From Dimorphilus gyrociliatus (lineage: Eukaryota; Animalia; Annelida), in assembly GCA_904063045.1 (NCBI GenBank), contig CAJFCJ010000012.1:930001-994000 (forward strand): 64,000 bases of DNA, written 5' to 3'. The notes beneath the pieces are model-generated. The model saw nothing but the letters and a program-made list of their open reading frames with translations, was not told the DNA's origin and did no database searches. Positions 36,013 to 48,600 of this stretch are shown here, in pieces. The first letter of the stretch is position 1; each line of letters starts with the position of its first letter. Both the position numbers and the translations under genes were made by a program.

Positions 36013-36124
36013 AATTGTTTTGTGAACAAGAAAATAAAAGTATTTATAATAAAAAAAGTATTTTAGAGTGAAACAATGCATTCTGAATATATAAAACGTT
36101 ATAGTACGTTATAGCATTTGTGAT

Positions 36125-37274
36125 TTACAAATAATTCAAAAAGGCTAAGATAACGGTGACAACAGAGAAATTAAAAACATTTCGGTTAGCGTCACTAGTG
36201 CTTTTAATAACTTTAAAAGATTTTGTTTTTGTTACGCAATTCTCTTTGGAATTATAATAGTGACAAGCTTTACATTCCCATTTATTATTTCCAAGCATTT
36301 TTTCCGTTATTTCTAGCTCATCACCATTAATATCTCTTTTATCACCGGATTCTATTCCTTTCCAAGACATTGTAGGTAAAGGGTAGCCATTAGCTTCGCA
36401 TTTTATCTTGTCATTGATTAAGTACGAGCTCTTATCAGGGCTTACTGTCACAGTACTCACAGGGTCTGGAAGAAAATAAAATTGATTAAAATCTTTTGTA
36501 AAGTAATGAAATAATATAAAGTTTCTTCTTCTTACGTAAGATATATATATACTTCTCCACAGATTTTTTATAAGAGATTTCTTTAATGTGAAATTCACAG
36601 CGCATCCTTACTTTTTCTGACCAAGTAAAATTAAACTCAGTTTCCATACTAATTTGACCTGGTGTTTTTCCTGGATCAGCATCAATCGTCCATGGATCGT
36701 CTTGGCTTCTATTTATACGTAGTTGGTTGTCTAAATACAATAAAGCTTCGGGTCTCATATTTTGTTTGGCTATATCACTTTTTTAAGGGTACCAAACGTT
36801 ATGTTGCAAGCGGCTTTGCCCATTTCGGTTTTGTTGAAATCTTCTTGTAATATATCAATTTTTTCCAGTACTGTTACATAAGCTTGGTGGTCAGTGGCTT
36901 GGTACTTGCAATAATATAAATTTCCATCAATATACGAGATATTTTTTATTCTTAAATTGTAAAATCCTGAAATTTCCATGTAATCTGTAGCATCCTCCTT
37001 AGTTTTATTTCCTTCGGACAACAATTGTGGAAAACTAAATCCTGGAAGTTTAGTTATCCACCATTGAACCGATTTTGCACTCTCACCAGAACATTTAAGT
37101 TCAACATCTACACCCCTCTCAACGACAGTATCCTGTGGTTTTACGAAGGCGTCACTATTTCCAATAGATACTGCAAAAAAGAAATAGAAATGTTAATTCT
37201 ATAAAAGTAAAAAGAACAGAAAACCAACGTAATAAAGTAAAAATGAGAGAATTAAAAGCTTGAATATTCGTCAT
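36125..37274 (-). CDS. Three-Ig-domain cell-surface protein with GPI-like tail (lachesin/IgLON/DIP-like architecture); frame disruption at 36770-36792
   Basis: Signal exon 37274-37229, exon 37170-36536, exon 36465-36125. Ig1 VELKC..VQWW..NLRIKNI..DGNLYYC; Ig2 AACNIT...MRCEF; Ig3 IKCEANGYPLPTMSW..KWECKA; hydrophobic C-terminus. The middle exon is 635 nt and needs +1 nt or removal of a 23-nt GT-AG segment to keep frame. Confidence 0.78.
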
Positions 37275-38027
37275 TTTTTCAGGTAAAATTGAATAAAAGA
37301 ATATGCTTAAAAAGATTCAAGACTGTTCAAAACCAATGAAAAATTTGAACTGAAAAGTAATGGCAAGAATTGCGGTTTATATATTCTTTTATTGTTTATT
37401 TATCATCACTACGTCACGTACCAAAGCTCATACAATTTTGACTCATAGATAAGTTAAAAATGAGAAATACAACAAACCAATTTATAAGCCAAGTTAATTC
37501 CATCTTTGTTTATTTTATTCAGCATCAATGTTTATAGAGGAGAATGTCAGATTTTATTAGATTTTAGGATCGTGATAAAGATAAAAGTGAAAAATGAGAC
37601 TTTTTTACAAAATAATGCAGATTAATCAATAAAAAACATATAAAAGTATAAAAGTTGTTTTTTCTTTTCTTTTCTTTACTTTTATATTCAATTAAAGTGT
37701 TAATTTATTATAAAGTATTTAGGATATTTCACGTTTATTGTTTAATAGTAAAATATACAAGTCAAATGAGTCATATTTAAAGGATGTCTTACAGGTTGCT
37801 TTACATTTTGAAATTAGATTATTTGTTATAGAATCAGTGACAAGTTAATGATAAACTAAAAATTGGAATTTTGCCAAATTTTGCTAATGAAGGTAGATTC
37901 CCCATCGATATCTTACGCAATGTTTACATTTGTTACGTTAATTGATCTACTTTACGATACGAAAATAAATAAGGGGAAAAATAAGGAATCCTTGCCCATA
38001 CAAACTTCTGCCTACAAACAATACAGT

Positions 38028-39306
38028 ATGATTTGGAATGTATCACTAGGTAGTCAGCTTTTAAAAGTTAAATGTATCTGTATACTAATTAATTAATCGT
38101 TTCAAGTCGGTCTTTCCTTCTTAATTTTAATCTGGTGGTATAAAGTAAGCGGCTCAAGACGGCTTTGTAAAAGCAGAAGAAAGCTAAGTGGTAGAATAGC
38201 TTTAATTACAGGATCAAACACAGGTATAGGATATGAAACAGCTTTAGATTTAGCAAAGAGAGGTATGTATTTTTCTTACTTTTTTTTAAATAAATAACCT
38301 ATGTAAACAATTGGTCATTTTATTCTCCATATCTCTTTAAGGATGCACGGTTTTTCTTGCTTGTAGAAGTAATCTTAAAGCAAATATTGCTATTACAAAA
38401 ATAAAGAATTTAACGGGAAATCCTCATATAGAAAGTTTAATGGTGGATTTGGGTTCTTTTAACAGTATAAGGATGGTTGTAAAGATTATTAAACAGAGAA
38501 ATATAAAAATTGATTTTTTAATAAACAATGCAGGTAAAATGGCTTCTTTTTTTTCAATAGAATACAATACAATAAAAAAAACATGACTAAATGCCTTTAT
38601 TTATAGCTATTTTTGCTTGTCCGAATTGGAAATCTGAAGATGGATTTGAGATGCAAATAGCCGTAAATCACCTTGGTCATTTTTTACTAACAAATTTATT
38701 AAAAGATTCCTTAAATAATAGTGCGAAAATCATAAATTTGTCTTCTATTGCTCATTCTCAAATTGAATATGTGGATTTTAAAGATATTAATTATAAAAAA
38801 TCAGCTTATAATCCTTTTTTAGCATATATGAGGTCAAAATTAGCTAATCTCCTATTCACTAGAGAACTAGCTAAGCGACTTGGTCCTTTTCAAGAAACTT
38901 TTGCCGTTCACCCTGGACATGTTCGAACGAATTTGGGTTCTATTGCTAAAAAGCATTTAAATCTACCTTTCACTCTTCTATACATTTTATCTCCTTTCAA
39001 AAGGATATTTTTAGCCACATCTTCTAGACTAGGTGCCCAGACAACTCTATACTGTTGCTTAGAAAGAGGCCTGACATCTGGTGGATATTACGAGTAAGCC
39101 TTGACCGATTTATTTTAATTAGAAAAGCGTATTAATATAGGTGACTTTAAAGAAAAAAATAATTTACATCTATAATATATTCCCTATTTAGCAATTGTCA
39201 ACTTGTGAAGAATTTAAATGAAACTATGGATAATGATAAGACGGGATTAGAGCTATGGAATATGAGCGTCAAGTGGACGGGCCTAGAAAATGAAGATTGT
39301 TTTTAA
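38028..39306 (+). CDS. Retinol dehydrogenase 11/12/13/14-like short-chain dehydrogenase/reductase, 5 exons
   Basis: N-terminal anchor (MIWNVSLVGLSFLILIWW), TGSNTGIGYETALDLAKRG, LINNAG, GFEMQIAVNHLGHFLLTNLL, catalytic YMRSK, VHPGHVRTNL, GAQTTLYC. Introns at 38050-38106, after 38262, after 38532 and after 39093. Confidence 0.93.
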
Positions 39307-39677
39307 ACATTTTAAATTGTACAAATTTTCCCCCCGTTTAGTTTTAATATGGAAACACATGCGTTCAGAATTCATATAATCAATATGGCCTAATACAGTC
39401 AGTTATTTCACCATAAACTATTTTTTAAAGCCCTACTTTACAAAGCATGGTTTATGCCACCTGTTGTTGCAGACTGACTGTTACCGTTGGTCGAGGTTAA
39501 AAGTAGCTTTTATTCAGAATAGTATTCAGTTTCGCTCTAAAGGTGTACAATGCTTTTTCGTAGTCAGAACAGGCTAAATATCTATACAGAACACCAGCGT
39601 ACTGTGTCTAATACATTCTGATTATACTACACATAGCTCATTTACGCCCGGGACTTGACAATATACAAAAGTTAGAC

Positions 39678-42600
39678 ATGGAAAGGACTACAAATAATGT
39701 TCCTGCCTACATAAAACCTACATTATCCTCGCTTAGACGCAGTGTAAGAGTAGCTCCATCTTCATCAAGCCTTTTACACTCACTATTGGAAGATAGAACT
39801 TCTTCTTTTTCAAGGGACTTTAAAAGGTCAGCTAGCTTTAACTCGCATCGAAGATATGAACCAGGAATACGGACGGATATAAGTTTTGTTAATAAGCCAA
39901 GAAATCAGGATACCTTTGATAGACATGCACATCTCAAGGTCTACGGGAGACGAAATACTACGAATCCGGCTCATAGAAGTAAGTAAAACTAAGGGAAACA
40001 TGTTTAGACAAGTTATAGGTGTATATTTTTACCTAGGTATACCTGAAAAACATTTTAATTTTGGATAATTGTAAACAATATTTTTAAAAAAACTGAGGGG
40101 GAGGGATAGCAAAGGGGGTGAATATAAAGAAAAGATATGACTAAGCCTAGATAATGTTTAGATAGTATTTATTTTGTATTTAGCTTTTCCGGAATAGACC
40201 TATTCATGTCAAATAGAACATCTTCGTTTTTCTTCTTTAGATATCATCAAGCACTCGAAACTAGTATACTCTTGAATATCTCTTTTTGTTATTAGACCAT
40301 TTACAGTTCCTTTTTATCATTCTTATTATAAAAACGCACCTCACCATATAGTCTTTGATTTCGTATGTTACAGAGAGCAGCATTGAATACCCTCTCAATA
40401 TTGACAGTTTTCTGTCTGGTATCTTTGGCCCATAGGCCGAAAATTTTAAGAAAAGAAAGCGAGGGAGGGGGGGAGAGAGGGCAAAAAAAGCTTTGTTTAA
40501 TAATTTTTTCATAAAGAAAATACCTGTTGGTATCTCTTGAATGTTTTAGGGAAATCACGCTCCTACATGACTTTGCACAGGGATCACTTACTTAAGATAT
40601 TATTAGTCTAATTCAATATTGGTATTAGTAAGTCGGTTTGAAAAGGAGAACTATTGTATGGTCTGCTCACTTTTTGAGAATGTGGCTGAGGAAACTAGTA
40701 AAAAGGAGTCGTAGTCACTCCGAAGAAAATGATCATTTCGATGTATACGATCACAATAATCCGTGGTTAAAACGATCAAATACAGGTTCGTCGAGGCCCG
40801 CTAAATACTGTGCCTATTCTAATACTATAGAAAAATATGGAATATTAATATTTTTTAGGCCGATCTTTTATCGGGTAGTATAAGCGTATGATAATAAAAA
40901 ACGTAGGGGATTTAGTCGGTCTTTTATCATTTTCAACACTAAGTGTTGATTTAAAGAATATTTTTACGTGAATTTTAGTTGAAATGACGGAAGATGACTT
41001 GAATGATGGTGTTATCTTACCTTCGGTCGTTTATCACATAAGGAATATATTAGAGCAATATCCTTGCCATGGACAAATTCTGTATGTAAGTACTAATTCT
41101 TCTATTGTTGCCAATAAATAGCCCAATTCTGTTATTTATTCTGTTTTATTAATCCTAAAATTTTTCTTATTAACTATATTTAGGAACTTCTACAATATGC
41201 CGAAGATACCGGCGCTAGAATATTTAAATTACTAGTTGATTCATCCCAGGATGCTGTTTATATTTATCATGATGTGTCTCTTAGTACTACTGATTGGAAG
41301 GCTTTTCGTAATTTATGCGAACATCCTACAAAACATAAAGATAATCCAAAATCAGGGCACTTTGGTTTAGGTTTTAAAAGTCTTTTTCATCTAACTGATA
41401 TAGTTCATGTACTAAGTGATAGAAAATTAGCTATAATTGAACCTCTGAATAATGCATCAACAACGAAAGCGTTCAAATTAAATGAAAAACCTGAATTATT
41501 TAACCTATTCAATGGTTACTTTGGTTGTAATGAAAGTACCCTTAAACATGGTAGATTCCATGGGACAATTATAAGATTCGTCCTCAGGCAGAATGCTTCT
41601 AAAATTTCTTCTACAATTTATACAAGTCAAAGCCTACAATATGTTATAGACGAATTCCAAGGACATTTGCATACTTCTTTTTTATTTATGAATAATATTG
41701 AAGTTGTAGAGTTATTAGAAACAAGAAGAGATGAAATTTGTTCGTCATCAAGTGCTCATTTAGCCCCTGAATGCTTACAAAAGATCAGGGAGTTTAGAAA
41801 TGACATAAGGAATACTCAAGAAATTTCTAGATCAGCTTTAATTATAGTAAACGTACTTAAATCAGGAAAAGAGAGAACTTATAAATGGATTATTGGAGCT
41901 TACAAAACTGTCAGGAATTTATCAGCCATTTGTAAAAATATTTTAAAGGAGCTTCCCCTTTATCCATACGCCTCTGTAGCCTTACCTATAACACTGGATG
42001 ACTCTACAGTATGGACTCAAGCGGACGGTATGGAAGGAGGTACTTTTGCGTTGTTACCATTGGAACCCCATCCAAACTTTATAAACTTACCAGTTCACGT
42101 GAATGCGCGTTTTGCTCTAGAGTTAACAAAACGAGTTATGCTTTGGCCCCGATCATATTATGGTTCAGCTGATGTTCAAATGGACAAGAGACTAATATGG
42201 AATAAATGTATTGTAAGTGAGCTTGTACCTGTTGCCTATGCCGCAACTGTGCTTGCTTCAATAGAATTTTGTAAAAAAGGACTAATTACAACCGAACAAG
42301 TGTATAGAGCATTCCCTCGACTGGAGAGCTCATCAACGGCCTCTCTGTCAGCAGTTTATGGAAATATCTTTAAACATCCAGTCATATATACTCATTCAAA
42401 AGAATGGGTTACGGTTGAAAATGGTGTATACGATACAACATCAAAACTACCTCTAAACGTTCGTAATATACTTGTTCGCTGCGGTTTAAATTTAGCTAAT
42501 ATACCTGATCATGTGATGGAAGCTGTTCGACACTGTAATATTAGCATTAGAAAAGTAAATGGACCACTTTTAGCTACTGTAATAAGGAATCAAACGGCAA

Positions 42601-45600
42601 TGAGCGAAATTTGTAAGCTAGATCTACTAGACTACTTTTGTACTTCGGATGTCGATTTTCTTTACGGTTTGCCTCTATTACCACTTCAAAATGGAACTTT
42701 TGTAAAGTTCGAATCCTCTGAGAGAAAAATTTATGTCGCAAAGAGAAGCGAGGATGTTGAAATCTTACCAAAGGCCTCCTACGAAAGGATTATGCGTGTG
42801 GACTTAGTAAAGCACGTTAAACAAAGTTTAATAAATGCTTCTAGTCGGCACTTTGCTCAACTTAGAATATTAGATATTTCAGTTATCGCAGAACTGCTAA
42901 AAACATATATCATTAATATTCCCGAACTAAATAAAGAAACTGAGAGATGGTTGGCTAAACTTTGGTTCTATATTCATAGGTTTACACCATTTGACCTCTC
43001 CCGATTTGAAGGCCTACCAATTATTCCTATAGACAGAAAAATTGTTCGTCTCTCCTCGTCATCGGGCATGATTGTTAAACAATTACATCACCTGCATTTA
43101 AATGAGGATATTCAAACTATATTAGTACGGATGGGAGCTAATGTTATAACCAATTTGCCCTCATATCTATCGGGAAATTCGCATCTGTGTAATTTTTACA
43201 TCAAACCACCCACTTCTCATGGAGTTTGTTCAACTTTGGCACATTTATGCAAATCTAATGAGAGTGAATTTTTTGAAAAATTCTTTACTTCGACAACTGC
43301 AAATGAGAAAAAATCTTTACGTCAATTGTTTATGAAATTAGATTATAGCATTGGAAAAAGTAGTCTTAGAGAATTTCTACGTAATTTACCTATATTTGAG
43401 ACTTTAGATGGCCATTTTATATGCGTTAACGAAACAAATATTGCTGTACAGTCTATTAATTTACCAGTTCCTTTATGCAAACCCGTAATTAATTTGTCGG
43501 CGCTTCCATGTGCTGATAGTCTAGCCACTCTATTGGGAGTCAGATTACTTAGCCACCAAGACTTCTTTGTTGAAATTGTATTTACAGCGATAGAGAGTGC
43601 TTATTACAAAATTGGTGAAGTTACCGAGGTTATGATTCATATACTTAAGAATTATTGTTGTACTATGACAGAAACTTTTCAAAGCGCTCTTGCTGGGCTC
43701 CCATTTATTCCAAAAGGAGAGACTTTAATGACTGCTGATAGGTTTTATGACCCTGATTCAATAGTCTTACAACAAGTATTTAAAGGCGAGGATAATTTTC
43801 CAACGGGCCCTTTTAGACAACCGGAAGTCTTGCAGGTTTTAAGAAAAGTGGGCTTAAGAACTGATGAATATGTAGAACCCGAAGATTTGGAATGTTGTGC
43901 ACTTGTGTGTGATAACGATGTTGAAAAGAGCCTAGCTCTTATTGAATACGTTTGTCGAAATTCTTTTCTACTTCACCAGCTGTGCCACGACGCGCCTCTT
44001 TCTGCTAAATTAGCTGGTATACATTGGATACCCGTTTTGAAAGAGAGACCTCCCCAATATCCTGCTTCGTTAGACTGGCATTGTGAAGAACAAATAGTCA
44101 GACCTATAGATATATTCGAGTTCAAATATTCATATGTTGTTGGGTCTTTAAAATCAGCTTGCTGTCAAGAATTACCTGGGAATATTAGTGAACTATGGTT
44201 TCAAACGCCATCTGCCGAAGATATTGTTCAACATTTAAAAAACGTTGTCCGATGTTATTCAGCAACAGAGAAAGGAAAATATTTATATGTAACTACCCAA
44301 ATTTATTCTGAATTATTTAAGAATCCTATACAAAAAGTTAGCAACCTTCTTGAAGGAGAAAAATGGGTTTGGAATGGTCAAGGGTATTGTGCTGTGGAGG
44401 ATATAGTCTTTAAAAGGCCTTTTATTGATTTGCAACCCTTCATTTACCTTCTACCTTTAGAAATGATGCAATTCAGGCGTTATCTTTCAGATTTAGGGGT
44501 AAAAGATGATTGTTACCTGCCTGATGTTTTATATAAGATTTATAGAAAGCACGAAGCTGGTGCTAACGTTGAGATGAGCAGAGATCTTCATTTAGCAATT
44601 TCCATTCTAAACGAAATAAAGTCACGATACGATGATATACATTTAGAAAAACTAAAGAGTTCTATCTATGTACCTATTAAATCAGAAAATCAGAGACAAT
44701 TGAAAATGGATTTGGCGGAAAATTGTCATTATTCAACAAATGGTGAAAATATACCTGGAAAGAATATTGTTCATCAATCTGTTCCCGTTAATACTTGCAT
44801 AGCATTTAAAATAGAAAATGCGATCGCAAAACCTATTCAACAGGACGATATTTATACAACAACAACTGGCGGTGGGACAAGAATCCTGAAAGAAATTATA
44901 TCTGAATTAACTCCAACTTCGGTTGTTCGATATTTTTTATCTTTGGCCGAAGAATGTAAAGCAAATGAATTGAATATTTTATATGATACTAGAGAAAATT
45001 GGAAACAAAAAACTTTAATCACTGAAAAAATGTCTCTAAGTCAAGGAAAATCAATTTGGTTTCACTTTAATTCAACATTATCAAGAGATCATATAGAAAA
45101 AATTACTGCTGAAAATCACCTTAGTGATTCGTTAGGTTTTAGTTGCGTCTACTCAATCACAGAAACACCTTCAATTGCCACAGATGATCAATTAATTATT
45201 CTTGATCCTCAAGGTACCTATCTTCCGCGAAAGAAAGCGGTTCAATTGGATGTTAAAAAGCATTTATCTCTGATTGAAAAGTTGTCTGATCAGTTCGAAT
45301 TGTATAAAAATGTATTTGGATATAACTTTCAAGTTTATAATGGAACTTTGATACGATTGCCTTTACGTATAGCTGAACAGGCAGAAATCTCTGAAATATC
45401 AAATCAACCTCTATCTGATGAGAATGTTAGAAGTTTAATTAATGAAATCGATGATATTTTCCTTATTTTTTGCAATTATGTTAAGACTATAAATATTAAG
45501 ATATTAAAAAGTAAGTAATTTGAATAAGCTAATTAAGTTATAAATAGTCTGGTAAAAAATTGTTTCGTTTACAGATAGTCCTAATAGTTGTGAGCATTTA

Positions 45601-48600
45601 AAGTTGATAAGAAAAATTCATAAAGCAAATTTACCTCATTGGCCAAAAGCCGTATCAGTCTTTCAAATAGACACACATCATTCTGGAAAGTCATCAACAA
45701 CAACCGACTGGTTAACAATGAATATAACAGATGGATGTAATGCGCCATCTGTGGCAGTTACTACAATTGAACAACGGGACGGTTACGAGTTCTCTAAAGA
45801 AGGAGCCCTAATAAATTCCTCATATAATCGGGCTCCTTATGACGGATTACCAATATATATTTACTATAGTAAAATTGAAACGTTCCAGGATGAAATTGAA
45901 ATCGATGAACTATGTAATTTGTATTTAGAATTACTGCTGTTTCTAGCAAATTCTAATCGACCAACGCCATACTACTCCCTTTGGCCGACGTCCACAGAGC
46001 CAATAATGATGTCAATGGTTGAGGAATTTCTTCAACGAGTAACAAGTGAGGATAGATCAGCTCCAAAAATCTGGTCTGATGGTAAAAATTGGGCTAATGT
46101 TAGTGGTTCTTATTTCATACCGGAAGGAACCCAGCCATATTGTGTTGTGGCAGCTATGAAACAAATTCTTGTTGGGAAAACAGTAATTGAAATACCAGAG
46201 GCTCTTTGTACAAGATTAGAGAAGGCAAACGTGTTTAGCACAATTAAAAAGAGGTTGTATGATTTTAGAAGATTCTTTAGAGAGATATTTTTACCAAATT
46301 CTCACAAGTTGAGGGAAGAAATTCGTAACGACGTTCTTATCAGAGCACTGTCTCAAAAAGATGAGGACCTTAATGAAGCTTTAGGTACTTTTCCATGTAT
46401 ACCAACTAGCCCGAATGGTCAAAAGTTTGCCAGATTAACAAATTTAATTGATCGTTTAAGCGATTTGGGTGAGTTGTACTCAGTCGAAGAAGGGAAGTTT
46501 GTCTACGAACCTCTAGCCCAATTTTGTTCAAAGTTCGTGCTTCGGCGAGAAATTAATTGGACAGATATAGCCGAAAGGTTAAAGACCATACCAAACCTTA
46601 AAAAGGAGATAGCTAAAGAGAAAACTCGTTTAGCGTTGAATGTCCTAGCTAAAAAAATTGAAACTGAGAGAGAGGAAGCTGAGAAATTTCGAAAAACTTT
46701 GGAGAGCTTAAAATTTCTTTGGGATTTCCATAAAAAATTCTATGTTGCTCCTAATAAAGTTTATTCATCCATATATTCGCCATTAGTTAGTTATGTTGCT
46801 CCAGTATTCGATGTTGAACTAGTGGACGAACAACACCGAACAGCTGTTGAAGAGTTTTTGTTCACTTTAAGACCATCTGTTACTAATGTACTGGAGCAAT
46901 TGGAATGTGTTATTAAAACCGCAAGTGCTTTCGACGAGACCCAAAAGATTATCTATGCTATTTATGATTTCTTACAAGAGCAGCCAAATTTTGAGGATAT
47001 TGTTAAAAAAATAAGGAGTAAACCTTGCATCTTTTCTCAAGGTCGATTTTTATTTTCTAATCAAGTAGCTTTAAACTTCAATCAAGTGTGTCCGCCTTGT
47101 CTATATGGATTATCAGAAGGATTTAAGAGACGATATGAAAAACTTTTAAAAGCCCTTGATGTGCCCGAAATGTTTGGAATTGGTGATTATGTCCAGGCAT
47201 TGGCCGAATTAAAAAGCATGTATGATGCATCTGCATTAGACCAAAATCAACTAAAGGTGGCGCTAAGAGTCGTTGCGTTATTGAACGAAGCTATGTCGGA
47301 AAATGGATTGGTGTTAAATGACGTGACTTCCAAATATGGCTCCGTTTATATACCTAACTCGGATTGTGTCTTAAGGGATTCAAATGAGCAAAACAACGTA
47401 TGGCATCCACACATACCTTTTGCCCTTCTTCGTCAATTAAAACTTAACAAAGACACACCAGTAAAAGTGTGTACATCTGCTGAAAGGCCTACATGGATGA
47501 TACAAAGATCCCTTAGCGTTTATCCTAAACATTCATGCATATTCAAAGAGTTAGTTAGAAATGCTGATTTAACAGGCTGTACGTCAATTGATCTGGTTCA
47601 CGATAGAAGGCAACATGGTTGTAGGAAAATATTTAGCGACAAATGGAAAAGTCTCCAAGGTGCAGCCCTGTTAATTATAACTGATAAGCCATTCGATTAC
47701 AAAGATATATCACTTGCATATAATAGTGTCAATCCTTCAACTTCAATATTTGGGAATTTTAACTGGGTGTATTATCTAACAGACGTTCCCTTATTATTAA
47801 CGCAAACCGAAAAGAAGAAGCAACTTTATGTGTTTGATCCGCATATGTCGTTCATTTCAGAGGTAGCCAATAATAAACCCTGCAAAAAGTTCGAAGATAT
47901 CGATGAGCTTCAAAAGCAATATCCCGATATTTTTAGCGTTTTTCCAAAAGAAGATATATTTCCTAAGAGCAATTATACTATTTTGCGTCTACCATTAAGA
48001 AATGAACAAGTCGCTGCTACCTCTGAAATATCTGGTGATATTATAAATTCAGATTTGCTTGATGAACTCTTAAACGCTTTCAAATCTGAAGCTAATGATA
48101 GTTTTGTTTTCTTATCTAATCTAAGACAATTGAGAATATGGACAATTAGCAGTGAAGGTAAAAATCTTGTCAAGACTCACGAAACGAAGACGATGATAAA
48201 AGAGTACGATGATAATTCACATGTTCTTCAATTGAAGGATAGTACTGGCTTGAAAGAAAAATGGGCAATATTCAAATCTCCCGTTATTCCTTCTTCTGAA
48301 GTTTACAAGAACTCGTCAAAAATCTCTGATAATAAAGATTTACATCCTACAGTTTCTGGCTCTATTGCTGCTAAACTAAATTCTAATGAACATAGAGATA
48401 GACCAAGGAAATCATATTCTCACTTACCTTTAGCACCTAATGTCCCCCTTCCTGTTCACGTAAATGCGGAATGGATGCTTGAACATGATTCCAGGAGAAA
48501 TTTATGGCCCATTGAGGAGGATGGTGTCAAGTGCGAATGGAATATGTATATATTAGAACATATCTTGGCACCCTTATATGTATCTATGATGAATAAAATA

